Assembly (NCBI GenBank): GCA_002269645.1
Contig: NIVC01002391.1
Span: 20,424 to 84,423 of the forward strand
Length of the DNA stretch: 64,000 bases
Source of the DNA: Macrostomum lignano
Lineage: Eukaryota
Direction: 5' to 3'
In this document: piece by piece, positions 38,501 through 49,357 of the stretch
How the letters are laid out: the number at the start of each line of letters is the position of its first letter
Position numbering within the stretch: the first letter of the stretch is position 1
Translations under genes and position numbers: made by a program
Notes under the pieces: model-generated
Databases searched by the model: none
Told to the model about the DNA's origin: nothing
The model's input: only the letters and a program-made list of their open reading frames with translations

Positions 38501-41160
38501 AGCCAGAGGGAATGTTGGGCAACTTACCGTTGCGCATCCAGGGTTCCTGGATCAGGATGAGGCCTGGCCTGTACAGCTCAGCAATCTTCATCAGATTTAC
38601 TGACGCAGATACGCAATGCTGTAAATTTATTTGCAGACAGAATGTCGCTCCTTTGGCAGCGTGGAGCTTAGTCATACTGTATTAAATGCAATATCTGGCT
38701 AGAGCCCAGGGCCATCAAGGAGACTTGGACAACAGATCGTCCTCGTCCCAGGCCGCTGGGGCTTGACTGGGAGATGGGAGTTGGTCGACGTCCATGGCCT
38801 CCTCACCCCCACCGGCCCCCCAGCAGAGTCCTCAGGCTCCGATGACAGGATGGAGGAAGCTTCCTCACCTGCATCTTTACCTTCAGACCCCACCAAGGTG
38901 GCCGAGGAGAGCTCGGATTCCGAAGACCCGGCCTCGTCCTCAACTCCTTCTCCGACTGGCAGGTTTGGTTCCCGGGGCTTGGCCGGAGCCGTTACCGCGG
39001 TCGCCGAACTGCTGCTAGCAGAGGGGCGAGATGCAGCTTTGGCTTTGGGATCGGCTTGCGCCTTTCCTTGGGCCTTAGACTGCGCCCCGCTCTTGCCGGA
39101 GATGCCGGGGTTGGCAGTAGCCTTCCCTTTGGCCGACTTTCCTCGGCGCAACTTGAGCTTGAGGGCACCCAGCTGGAAAGAGGATCCATTAGGGTACCGA
39201 CTCGCCCAAGTGCTGGAAAGGCCGAGGACAATTGAGTTGCCCGTCTCCCCCCTGCGGACTTTACGGTGATACACCAGTCCACTAGCAGGGAGGTCGGGGT
39301 TCAGACGCAGTAGGACCCGGCGAATAACGTCTGGTCCAGCTGCGGTGCTCTTAGCAGGGACGAAAACCACATAGGGTATCGTCTTTGGACGCTGGCCCTC
39401 GCGAAGAAAAAGAGCTCCGCCAAGGTCAGCATCCAAGGAGACCGTCGGTAGCCGCTGGAGCAGCCGCCGAGCGTCCTCCTCGCTGCTAGGAGCAATAAGA
39501 ACGAATGTGCTTCGCAGCACCATCCGCTCAACGCCGATGGAGATTCCCTCCTCGACAGTCAGCTCAATCAGATAGGAGTCAACAGCACTCCACACTTTTT
39601 GAAGCTGATCAGTGGTCCAGTCCTGGTCGCGACCTTGGATGATCACTCCCGGGATTTTGGCCTTGGCCTTCGCCGCAAAGGTAGCTCCCGAAGGAACCTC
39701 CTTGTTGGCAGTGGCCATTTGTTGCGCCGTGGTTTCGGCCTCAGCAGCCGCGGCAGCAGCTCCAGGGAGCGCCGCCGCTGAACTACTGGAGCTTCCACCG
39801 GCCGGCCCGCCTGGTTGCCTTGGGACTCCAGTCGCTTCAGCATCCATGGTGGACGCCGCCGCTTTGGCCCCCGCAGCTCCCTTCTTGGCCTGCCTTTTGG
39901 CGCGTTGTTTAGCGCGTTTGCGCTCAAGCCGAGCCCGCTGAGCTTCATCGGATCTGCCAGATTTGGCCGGTCCTTTAGGCTCAGAGCTCGCGGTTCCCTT
40001 AGATCCACCAGCGGAGCTGGCAGGTCTTAGGGTATTTTGAGTTTGGTAGCTCTGGTCGGATCTGCCAGCAGAGCCAGCCGGTCCTTCCTTTGCCACAGTT
40101 GAATCAGTCGGTTGGGATCTGCCAGCAGGGCCGGCCGGTCCTTCGGACTGAGGTTGGGGTTTAGAAGGGTCCCCGTCCCTAGAAATAGCTTGTTTATCCA
40201 TAGTCGGCTCGAAGGCCATGATAAAAGGTTGGTGGGCTACCCTCAAAGGGGCGCGGTACCCACCCGGCCGCTCCACCTGACCGGGCAGTAGGCCAATAGC
40301 ACCCTCAAGGCTGGCCCGACACCAGGAGGGGGACCGCTTGCGACCGGACTACTCCCCGGCCTTCCAGCCCATCGGCACGGTCAACACCTTAGGCATTAGA
40401 GAGTACGTTGAGCAGTACCACGGCCTGCAGGTTGGCGAGCCAGACCCGCATACCCAAATTCGGCCGAAGCCACTGGATAGGGTCGCCAGCGCCGGAGCCC
40501 AGTCTGTCCAGCAGCCCTAGGGACTGCCTTGAACACACGCGGGGACGAGTACCCTGGGTCGACTTGCGAGACAGCGTGGGGGGGGGGGTCTGCGGCTGCC
40601 AGAGGCAAATAGAGGGTGCAGACCTCCCACCAGCCTTGACCTGCTGAAGATAGGGGCAGGCGTGAAGCATCGCAGACCTTAGCCCATGGGCCTAGTCTGT
40701 CTCATACTTCACTGGCATGCTGAATACGCCTTCGCGTGCTGCCTGCGGCGCTAAAATGAGTGCCTGCGGCGCTAAAATGAGTGCCTGCGGCGCGAAAATG
40801 GTGCATGCGGCGCTAAAATGAGGGCCTACTACAGCGCTAAAATGAGTGCCTGCGGCGCTAAAATGAGTGCCTGCGGCGCTAAAATGAGTGCCTGTGGCGC
40901 TAAATTAATCGCTGACAAATACGATTCTGAAAATAATGTACATGTAGTCATGTACATGTAGAAGTCTTGTCCCCCCACCATAAAATCCATGGTGGCGCCC
41001 CTGCTATGGCAATACACGCATCGAGCAAGATGTACGAAATCTCCCAATACTGCTGGGTTGCTTCAGCAAGATGACACTCTGAAACGTTTAAAAAGAACAT
41101 GCCAGCCTTACCGAAATCGTCAAAGCAGCCGCACAATCCATGCTTGAACTGGTTGGACAT
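32524..41160 (-). CDS. PLAC8: PLAC8/cornifelin-family cysteine-rich protein (2 coding exons, ~108 aa)
   Basis: Exon 41160-41112 (MSNQFKHGLCGCFDDF, donor gtaagg) joins exon 32801-32524 (GLCIVTYLVPCYTFGKNAE...LLAHLCCPLCALMQDAQE) in frame across an 8.3-kb intron. The symbol denotes the family, not proven orthology. Confidence 0.88.
32862..32990 (+). mobile_element. tRNA-derived SINE (not a functional tRNA)
   Basis: A-box-like tagtggttatagagcg and B-box ggttcgattc (32914-32923) are followed by a SINE-body-like tgcttcagttcacccagttgtaaa. The acceptor and anticodon stems do not pair properly. Confidence 0.65.
34844..40739 (-). mobile_element. Full-length LOA-clade-like non-LTR retrotransposon (ORF1; ORF2 APE-RT-RNase H)
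   Basis: 13-bp TSD tgcctgcggcgct (34831-34843, 40740-40752) and a taagtcaagtaagtca 3' tail. ORF1 starts at ATG 40219 and runs to ~38700 (DUF4780-like, no Zn knuckle). ORF2 runs 38675 to ~34940 with APE (QINLQHC, LIQEPW, GGDLNAHH), RT (LDIVGAFDNV, PQGGVLTPTLW, YADDV) and RNase H (VFQNEVLAI, SDSQAAL, WVPGHVGIRGNELAD). There are at least 3 small indels (~38410, ~36115, ~35840). Confidence 0.93.
40495..40739 (-). ncRNA. HDV-like self-cleaving ribozyme (predicted) at the 5' end of the LOA element
   Basis: Minus strand: P1 GCACGCG (40739-40733) pairs with CGCGUGU (40541-40535) including the G1-U wobble. P3 GGG/CCC flanks L3 UACUCGU. P1.1 is AC/GU. P2 is CCCA/UGGG (plus GA/UC after a bulge). P4 is GGCAGUCC-CUA-GGGCUGCU. 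J4/2 is CAGAC. J1/2 is a ~170-nt structured insert. G1 is the TSD-defined first base of the element. Confidence 0.78.
40741..40905. repeat. 21-bp tandem repeat (target of the LOA insertion)
   Basis: Several copies of gagtgcctgcggcgctaaaat. Confidence 0.9.
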
Positions 41161-41999
41161 TTCCTCAGGTATAAACCGCAGTTGAAGTGCCAAATACCTT
41201 CAAAAGATGCTCACTGTAGGATGTGCCTGGATCGCATTAAGAAACGCCCGTGAGCGCCAGTCTGCAGACTATAAATATTCAGCAAAGTGTGGAGGAGAAA
41301 TAGGGGGAAGCTGATGAAAGCTGCAGGGCACAGGGTTAGACCAAGGCCGGTGGGTTGGTCGAAAGCTGGCGTTAAAAGTTATTATTGATCGGCAACCATG
41401 CAGCAACTCTCTCCCAACACGACCAAGCACTGATCATCCCTACCGTGCGTAGTTAAGGATCGGACCATGCATCCGAACGGCGAAGCTTCAACTTCTTCAA
41501 GGTCGTTGCGTTCTGCCATCGCTGCGCATGCGCAGTTAATACATGAATATTACCATACACCAGCATTATCGCTGTACGCGAAGGTGGGAAAGAAATCATT
41601 GCCAGGTGTTAACCCCCAGCTGCACAGGCGCCTCTCTGCTGTCTATCATATCATTTGCCTGCAGTTATTTTTCTTCTTTCGCACCATGTTAGCTTTTGCT
41701 GCCCTAGCTTGCTCTGCAGATTTTTATGCTGCGAGTAAAAGATCGTGTTTAACCATCTTGAAGTCAGATACTTCAAATATTTTTCATCTCTCCGATGCAA
41801 TTCACAATGTGTTTACAGCGTTGAGTAAAATTAGGATTAGTTTATCAGTAGAAATCAGCAGTCAGGCCAGAAATGTCTGACTCTGGCGTCAGTGTATGAA
41901 TACCTGCGTTCGGTTCCGAGCGCGGCAACATTAATTCAGAGGGATCGAATGCGCAAAAATTGGTCTGGAGCTTGTCGTATAATTTGGGGTCAAGCCCTA

Positions 42000-42174
42000 T
42001 CTAACTGACTGACCGACTAAAACTGTCTAGCTAACTAACTAATTACCTAACTAACTAACAATTCAACTAACTAATTACCTAACTAACTAACAATTCAACT
42101 AACTAATTACCTAACTAACTAACAATTCAACTAACTAATTACCTAACTAACTAACAATTCAACTAACTAACTAT

Positions 42175-42238
<64 letters not shown>

Positions 42239-42287
42239 CTAACTGACTAAATGACTAACTATCTAGCTAACTAACTAACTAAGTACC

Positions 42288-42358
<71 letters not shown>

Positions 42359-42480
42359 CTAACTAACTAACTAACTAAGTAACTAACTAAGTAACTAACT
42401 AACTATCTAACTAACTAACTGACTAACTGACTAAACTATCTAATTAACTAGCTAACCAACTATCTAACTTCCTACCTAAC
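42000..42480. repeat. (CTAA)n/(GTAA)n compound microsatellite
   Basis: Long runs of ctaa and gtaa, preceded by a few longer composite units. Confidence 0.95.
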
Positions 42481-43313
42481 TAAATGGGTAAACTCGATCA
42501 GCCATTAAAGCAATGTAGCTCTTAGCTGAACGCCGCATTGCCAAAAATGTATTGCATAATTTTGTTATATAGTTATCATTACTATACTAAAAGTAGTATG
42601 TTGACAACTTCCAAATAAAGCAGCACTGTTTGGAGTGCATTGATTGCATGAATTGAGAAGAACAAACTAACTAAACAAAACAGATAGTTTTAAACAATAA
42701 CTGCTGAAAAACATAACAAGAAAAATGCCAGCAGACAGCGGCAGGAGATCAAAGGGCAACAGGTCTTATATTGTTTCAACTTGTAATATTCTTGGTGCTT
42801 GAAGTTTTTCCATAAATGCTAAAAGAAGTTCAGATTACTTGACATTTTTCGTCATACGTAGGAAAAAGAAAATACTAACGCTGACAGCAAAAGTAAATAA
42901 AAAAATAAAAAAGTTATTTATTAAAAAAGTTTGCACTAGTGTAGCGGAATAGCAAGGGAATAAGAGTAATAATAACTACTTTTTTTAAATACCCTTTCAA
43001 TATCTTCAACGTTTCAGAAATTTTTGATAATATTTTCTGTGACAATTCACCGACATTCTGTATGACACATTCCCCTGTCATGTCTACAAACAAGTGTTTA
43101 CCAATTTTATAACAACTTTGACTATTCCCCAACTAGTGAAATACCTCCTAAGCAATTTCTGCAAAAAAGTATTGTTTTCTGAATTACGTCTCTAGACCTT
43201 GGAGAACTCCTTTAATGACTACTTGACTTCGTATAATTGACTACTAAACACACATAAATGAACGATAAACTTTAAAGAAAGTCGGAATAATTCCACCCAG
43301 TCAGCCCGGTCAA

Positions 43314-44611
43314 TCAGCCCTTGGTGACCTCAAAGAAACTATTCAAGTACTTAGTGATTTCTTCGCAGGTATAGTACCAGCGCCGATCGCTTCTGTCCAC
43401 TTTGTCTGGGTGGTAATGCGTGAGAGCGATCATCAGCTGCTTCTTTAGCGGTTTGCTGGCATCCGGAGGCGTCCTGTGAGAGGCAAAAAAAGCAGAGGGA
43501 GCCGGTCTGTTGCTATACTGAGGCGTTATGGCGCTTAAATTGCTATTCCGAGGAGAGAGAAAGGATGCTGAGAAGGGAGAGGGGATGTTGAGAAGGGGCA
43601 GGCGATGTTGAGAAGGGACAGGCGATGTTGAGAAGGGGGAGGGGATGTTGAGAAGGGGGAGGGGATGTTGAGAAGGGGGAGGGGATGTTGAGAAGGGGGA
43701 GGGGATGTTGAGAAGGGGGAGGGGATGTTGAGAAGGGGCAGGCGATGTTGAGAAGGGACAGGGGATGTTGAGAAGGGGGAGGGGATGTTGAGAAGGGACA
43801 GGGGATGTTGAGAAGGGAGAGGGGATGTTGAGAAGGGAGAGGGGATGCTGAGAAGGGAGAGAGGATGTTGAGAAGGAAAAGGCGATGCTAAGAAGGGACA
43901 GGCAATGCTAAGAAGGGAGAGAGGATACTAAGAAGGGAAGGGGGATGTTGAGAAGGGACAGGCGATGCTAAGAAGGGAGAGGGGGTGTTGAGAAGGGATA
44001 GGCGATGCTAAGAAGGGACAGGCGATGCTAAGAAGGGACAGGGGATGTTGTGAACGGAGATGGGTTGCTGAGAAGGGACAGGCAATGCTAAGAAGGTAGA
44101 GGGGATGTTGAGAAGGGACAGGAGATGTTGAGAAGGGAGATGGATTGCTGAGAAGATAGAGGGGAAGTTGAGAAGGGAGAGGGGATGCTGAGAAGGGAGA
44201 GAGGATGTTGAGAAGGGAGAGAGGATGTTGAGAAGGGAGAGGGGCTGTTGAGAAGGGAGAGGGGATGCTGAGAAGGGAGAGAGGATGTTGAGAAGGGAGA
44301 GGGGATGCTGAGAAGGGAGAGGGGATGCTGAGAAGGGAGAGGGGATGCTGAGGAGGTAGTGATTCTGCGAGGTAAGAAGGACAGCAGTTTTACCTGGCCG
44401 GCTGGCCCTCCACAGGCCTGGGTGGATATTTCTCGTAAATGTGACGCAGGAAATGCTCGCTGCCACGTTCCCAGTTGGCCTTCACGTCGGCCAGAACACC
44501 GGCCGCCTCCAGCTCGGCCAGGCGCTCTTCATCCCGGCGCTTCGCTCGGCGCTCCTGGAATGAGAAATAATTGCAGTATTGACAGACAGACAGACAGACA
44601 GACAGACATAC

Positions 44612-44691
<80 letters not shown>

Positions 44692-47539
44692 TGGCTCACC
44701 TGCAGCTCTCGCAGGCCACGCTCAGCGGCGGCGAACCAGGGCATGCAGCGGGAGCCGGTCAGGTCATTGGACAGGTAGCACAGCACCAGCTCGACGCAAC
44801 GCTTCAGGTGCCTCTCAGCTGAGCTCTCGGCGTTGAAAAAGTTTAAATACAGATTGCCGATTGTGGAGCAGATCTCCGCCTCCAGCACAATATCAAGACC
44901 ATCGTCAGAAACGAGACTCAGAGCAACCTGTGGATTTGGCGATAGACAAGCTACAGGATTATCCATGAAAAAGGAAGAGTTATGCAATGTTTTTTAGAAT
45001 GGCGACCCAACCTGACGATCTGGGATCAGCCGGAGGATCTGGGACAAGATTGAGGATCTGGAACTAGATTGAGGATCTGGGACTAGATTGAGAATCTGGG
45101 ATCAGCCTGAGGATCTAGGATCAGCCTGAGGATATGGGATCAGCTTGAGGATCTAGAATCAGCCTGAGGATCTAGAATCAGCCTGAGGATCTAGAATCAG
45201 CCTGAGGATCTAGGATCAGCCTGAGGATCTAGAATCAGCCTGAGGATCTAGAATCAGCCTGAGGCTCTAGGATCAGCCTGAGGATCTGGGGTCAGCCTGA
45301 GGATCTGGGGTCAGCCTGAGGATCTGGGATCAGCCTGGGGATCTGGGATCAGCCTGAGGATCTGGGATCAGCCTGGGGATCTGGGATCAGCCTGAGGATC
45401 TGGGATCAGCCTGAGGATCTATCAGCCTGAGAATATGGGATCAGCCTGAGGATCTGGGGTCAGCCTGAGGATCTGGGGTCAGCCTGAGGATCTGGGATCA
45501 GCCTGAGGATCTATCAGCCTGAGAATATGGGATCAGCCTGAGGATCTGGGGTCAGCCTGAGGATCTGGGGTCAGCCTGAGGATCTGGGATCAGCCTGAGG
45601 ATCTGGGATCAGCCTGAGGATCTGGGATCAGCCTGAGGATCTGGGATCAGCCTGAGAATCCGGGATCAGCCTGAGGATCTAGAATCAGCCTGAGGATCTA
45701 GAATCAGCCTGAGGACTTGGAAATTAAAACACGAGTAGCGCAGACCTTTAGAAAGTCCATCGCCTGCAGGGCTTCGTCCACCATCTTCTCGGCGCCATCC
45801 TCGCACAGATTCTGCAGGAAGCCCTTGCCCTGGGCCAGGTCGTGCCGGCTGCGCAGAATGGCCGCCTGCAGTCGCTGGTCCTCGCGCAGAGTGGCCAGCT
45901 CCGACTCCATGCAGGCTAGCAGATTGACATTGCGAAACAGCAGCTTCTCAGCCTCCTGGATGGGGAACGTCATCTCGGCGATGAAGCCGACTGCGCGTGA
46001 ATAATGCACAGATTTGTCCAGGGAAATCGACAGGCGCAACAGCCGGCCAGCGTAGTCCATGAAAATGTTAGCGGCCGCCTCCAGGTAGCTGGGCTCATTG
46101 AAGTCGTACCTTTAGATAGGGGCATGAGAAAGTGATGTATAACCTCACTATTGCTCTCATCACTTCTCAATCATAAATATTTATCACAATGGATCTAAGC
46201 TCGGGAGTCTGCATTCTTCATCACAATAGATCTAAGCTCGGGCATCTGCATTCTTCATCACAATCTACCAGTAGCTAAGCTGCTGAATCAGCATTCTTCA
46301 TCACAGTAGATCTAAACTCGGGAATCTGCATTCTTCATCACAGTAGATCTAAGCTCGGGAATCTGCATTCTTTATCACAATAGATCTAAGCTAGATAATC
46401 TGCATTCTTAATCACAATAGATCTAAGCTCGGGAATCTGCATTCTTCATCACAATAGATCTAAGCTAGATAATCTGCATTCTTCATCACAATAGATCTAA
46501 GCTAGATAATCTGCATTCTTCATCACAATAGATCTAAGCTAGATAATCTGCATTCTTCATCACAATAGATCTAAGCTAGATAATCTGCATTCTTCATCAC
46601 AATAGATCTAAGCTAGATAATCTGCATTCTTCATCACAATAGATCTAAGCTAGATAATCTGCATTCTTCATCACAATAGATCTAAGCTAGATAATCTGCA
46701 TTCTTCATCACAATAGATCTAAGCTAGATAATCTGCATTCTTCATCACAATAGATCTAAGCTAGATAATCTGCATTCTTCATCACAATAGATCTAAGCTA
46801 GATAATCTGCATTCTTCATCACAATAGATCTAAGCTAGATAATCTGCATTCTTCATCACAATAGATCTAAGCTAGATAATCTGCATTCTTCATCACAATA
46901 GATCTGAGCTCGGGAATCTGCATTCTTCATCACAATAGATCTAAGCTAGATAATCTGCATTCTTCATCACAATAGATCTGAGCTCGGGAATCTGCATTCT
47001 TCATCACAATAGATCTAAGCTAGATAATCTGCATTCTTCATCACAATAAGACCAAATCAAGATACGCACTTGTGAAGGAGTAGACAGATAAGTGACAGAC
47101 TTTTGACAGTGGTCTCGTCAGAATCCCTATGCAGAGTCAGGGTGAACATGGCCCGCATATCGCTAGCCAGCTGCATTACAAATTTATCACCCCAAAGCTT
47201 GTCAGCCTCATCCGTAGAATTCTTCAGCCAATAAGTGGCATTCAACCAAGAGTCTGCGTAGCCCTGCAGACAGTAGCGAAAGTGGCTCCAGGCCCTGGTG
47301 TAGTGCGCTTCGCTCCATTCCAGGATGCACAGGTCTTTGTGCGCTACGGCGCTGTTCTTTAAACACAAGCTGCGGTCCTTGGGTACTCTAGCGGCGGTTA
47401 AACCGGCTTTGTAAAAATCCAACGCAGTCCACAACTTCTTGCGCTTGTGCTCCGGTCGGGACAGGCGTTTCGAGATAAAAAACAACCCGTTGCCTTCTTT
47501 GCGAAGGCGGTCGCTTTCCAAATCGCAAGTTGACATCAT
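43314..47539 (-). CDS. TPR-like protein with C-terminal HPD-motif region, paralog B (5 exons, ~460 aa)
   Basis: Exons 47539-47070, 46109-45746, 44927-44700, 44554-44394, 43473-43314 have GT-AG junctions and splice in frame (1383 nt). The C-terminus reads KKQLMIALTHYHPDKVDRSDRRWYYTCEEITKYLNSFFEVTKG*. Confidence 0.87.
43560..44350. repeat. 20-bp purine-rich minisatellite (paralog B intron 4)
   Basis: Repeated ggggatgttgagaaggg(a/g/ca)ga units. Confidence 0.95.
44581..44688. repeat. (GACA)n microsatellite (paralog B intron 3)
   Basis: Direct observation. Confidence 0.97.
45015..45715. repeat. 20-bp minisatellite (paralog B intron 2)
   Basis: Repeated gatcagcctgaggatctgg(g) units. Confidence 0.96.
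46195..47047. repeat. 37-bp minisatellite (paralog B intron 1)
   Basis: Repeated tcttcatcacaatagatctaagctagataatctgcat units. Confidence 0.97.
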
Positions 47540-47829
47540 TTTTCTTTAACTGCTGATTGATTGTTTCAATTGGCTTTTTTCTGGTAAAATTTAGCCAAAC
47601 TAAAAACCTATGCAGCAATACGAAATGCATGGTGCACCAGTCTTGGTAGAACTAAGTATTCCGTTAAATTTTCTTAATCCCTAATGATACATTGTTATGA
47701 CCTTACTGTGTATTATGTGCATGCCGGTGAATATCGATCACTACTGAGTTCAGAGAATTTACATGCTCTGAATAACTTTTGTGTAAAAATCCATTACTAT
47801 GCTGAATCAAGAATGGAGGTACTGGTGAC

Positions 47830-48585
47830 AGTGGCCTGTAATATTGGTGGTGGTCTGAAATATTGGTGGTGGTCTAAAATAATGGTGGCAGTGGCCTGAA
47901 ATATTGGTGGCAGTGGCCTGAAATATTGGTGGTGGCCTGAAATAATGGTGGTGGCCTGAAATAATGGTGGTGGCCTGAAATAATGGTGGCAGTGGCCTAA
48001 ATTATGGTGGCAGTAGACTGAGACTGGTGGTGGTGGCCTAAAGGATTGGTGGCGGTGGCCTGAAAGATTGGTGGCGGTGGCCTAAAGGATTGGTGGCGGT
48101 GGCCAAAGGATTGGTGGCAGTGGCCTGAAAGATTGGTGGCGGTGGCCTAAAGGATTGGTGGCGGTGGCCAAAGGATTGGTGGCAGTGGCCTGAAAGATTG
48201 GTGGCGGTGGCCTAAAGGATTGGTGGCGGTGGCCTGAAAGATTGGTGGCGGTGGCCTAAAGGATTGGTGGCGGTGGCCTGAAAGATTGGTGGCGGTGGCC
48301 TAAAGGATTGGTGGCGGTGGCCTGAAAGATTGGTGGCGGTGGCCTAAAGGATTGGTGGCGGTGGCCTAAAGGATTGGTGGCGGTGGCCAAAGGATTGGTG
48401 GCAGTGGCCTAAAGGATTGGTGGCGGTGGCCTAAAGGATTGGTGGCGGTGGCCAAAGGATTGGTGGCAGTGGCCAAAGGATTGGTGGCAGTGGCCTAAAG
48501 GATTGGTGGCGGTGGCCTAAAGGATTGGTGGCGGTGGCCAAAGGATTGGTGGCAGTGGCCAAAGGATTGGTGGCAGTGGCCTGAC
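47830..48585. repeat. ~22-bp minisatellite
   Basis: Repeated ggattggtggcggtggcctaaa-like units. Confidence 0.95.
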
Positions 48586-49357
48586 TGTTGGAAGTGTCCT
48601 AAAACGCGGAATTAGTCCGACTCGTGATCCCCATTACTTATATAATACTAATATAAAAATACTAATTAATAAATTTAGAAAGGCAGAACACAAACAAACA
48701 ATACAGAGTGGATTGTGAACAAGTTTTAAGTTTGCTTGAGACACAATTAAGCGGACACCGAGCTGTGTTTTATTATATTAGTTATTAGTTTACTGATAAA
48801 TTAACTACGAGCATAAACTAAAATAGAAAATGCGTTAAGGTAACCAAAAGCGGACAGAATATTAATGAGACACGATTGCTTAAGCATTAATTACACAAAT
48901 ATAGGAAACGCACAATAAACAAACGTAGTGATAGTTGAATTAATTATAGCACACGCACAACACAGACACGGCACTAGTTGATAAAATAGTAAATGAATTA
49001 GAGAGCCATTAGAAGACAGAATGAGACTAATCAGGGAGGATAGTAAAATTTAACCCAGCAGGACGCCCTTGATTTGTTACTCATCGAACGGAAAATGGTT
49101 TTCAGTAGACTAAAAAATGCAGAGGTACCGGTAAAATTTATAACATAGCTGGGAAACTTAACACCAACCCACCTACTAAAGAATGCAAAACTCCTGAAAG
49201 CAGACATCAAACGCCGCAAGCTACAGAAGGAGCATGCAAGAAGACTTTATACAAAAGAATTTTATTGTCCTACCTACGCTCCTACAATTTAACACAAAAT
49301 AAAATAAAGAAAAAGCGTCCTGGGGACCCGCGCGCTGTTAAAAATATTGCGCTTAAA

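Larger units (their letters stand above)
34712..41003. mobile_element. hAT-like MITE with internal 21-bp repeats, split by the LOA LINE
   Basis: Ends CAGGGGCGTCGCCACC and GGTGGCGCCCCTG. The flanks ctggcaat / ctatggcaat suggest an imperfect TSD. Removing 34844-40752 rejoins the two halves at the tgcctgcggcgct unit. Confidence 0.65.
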
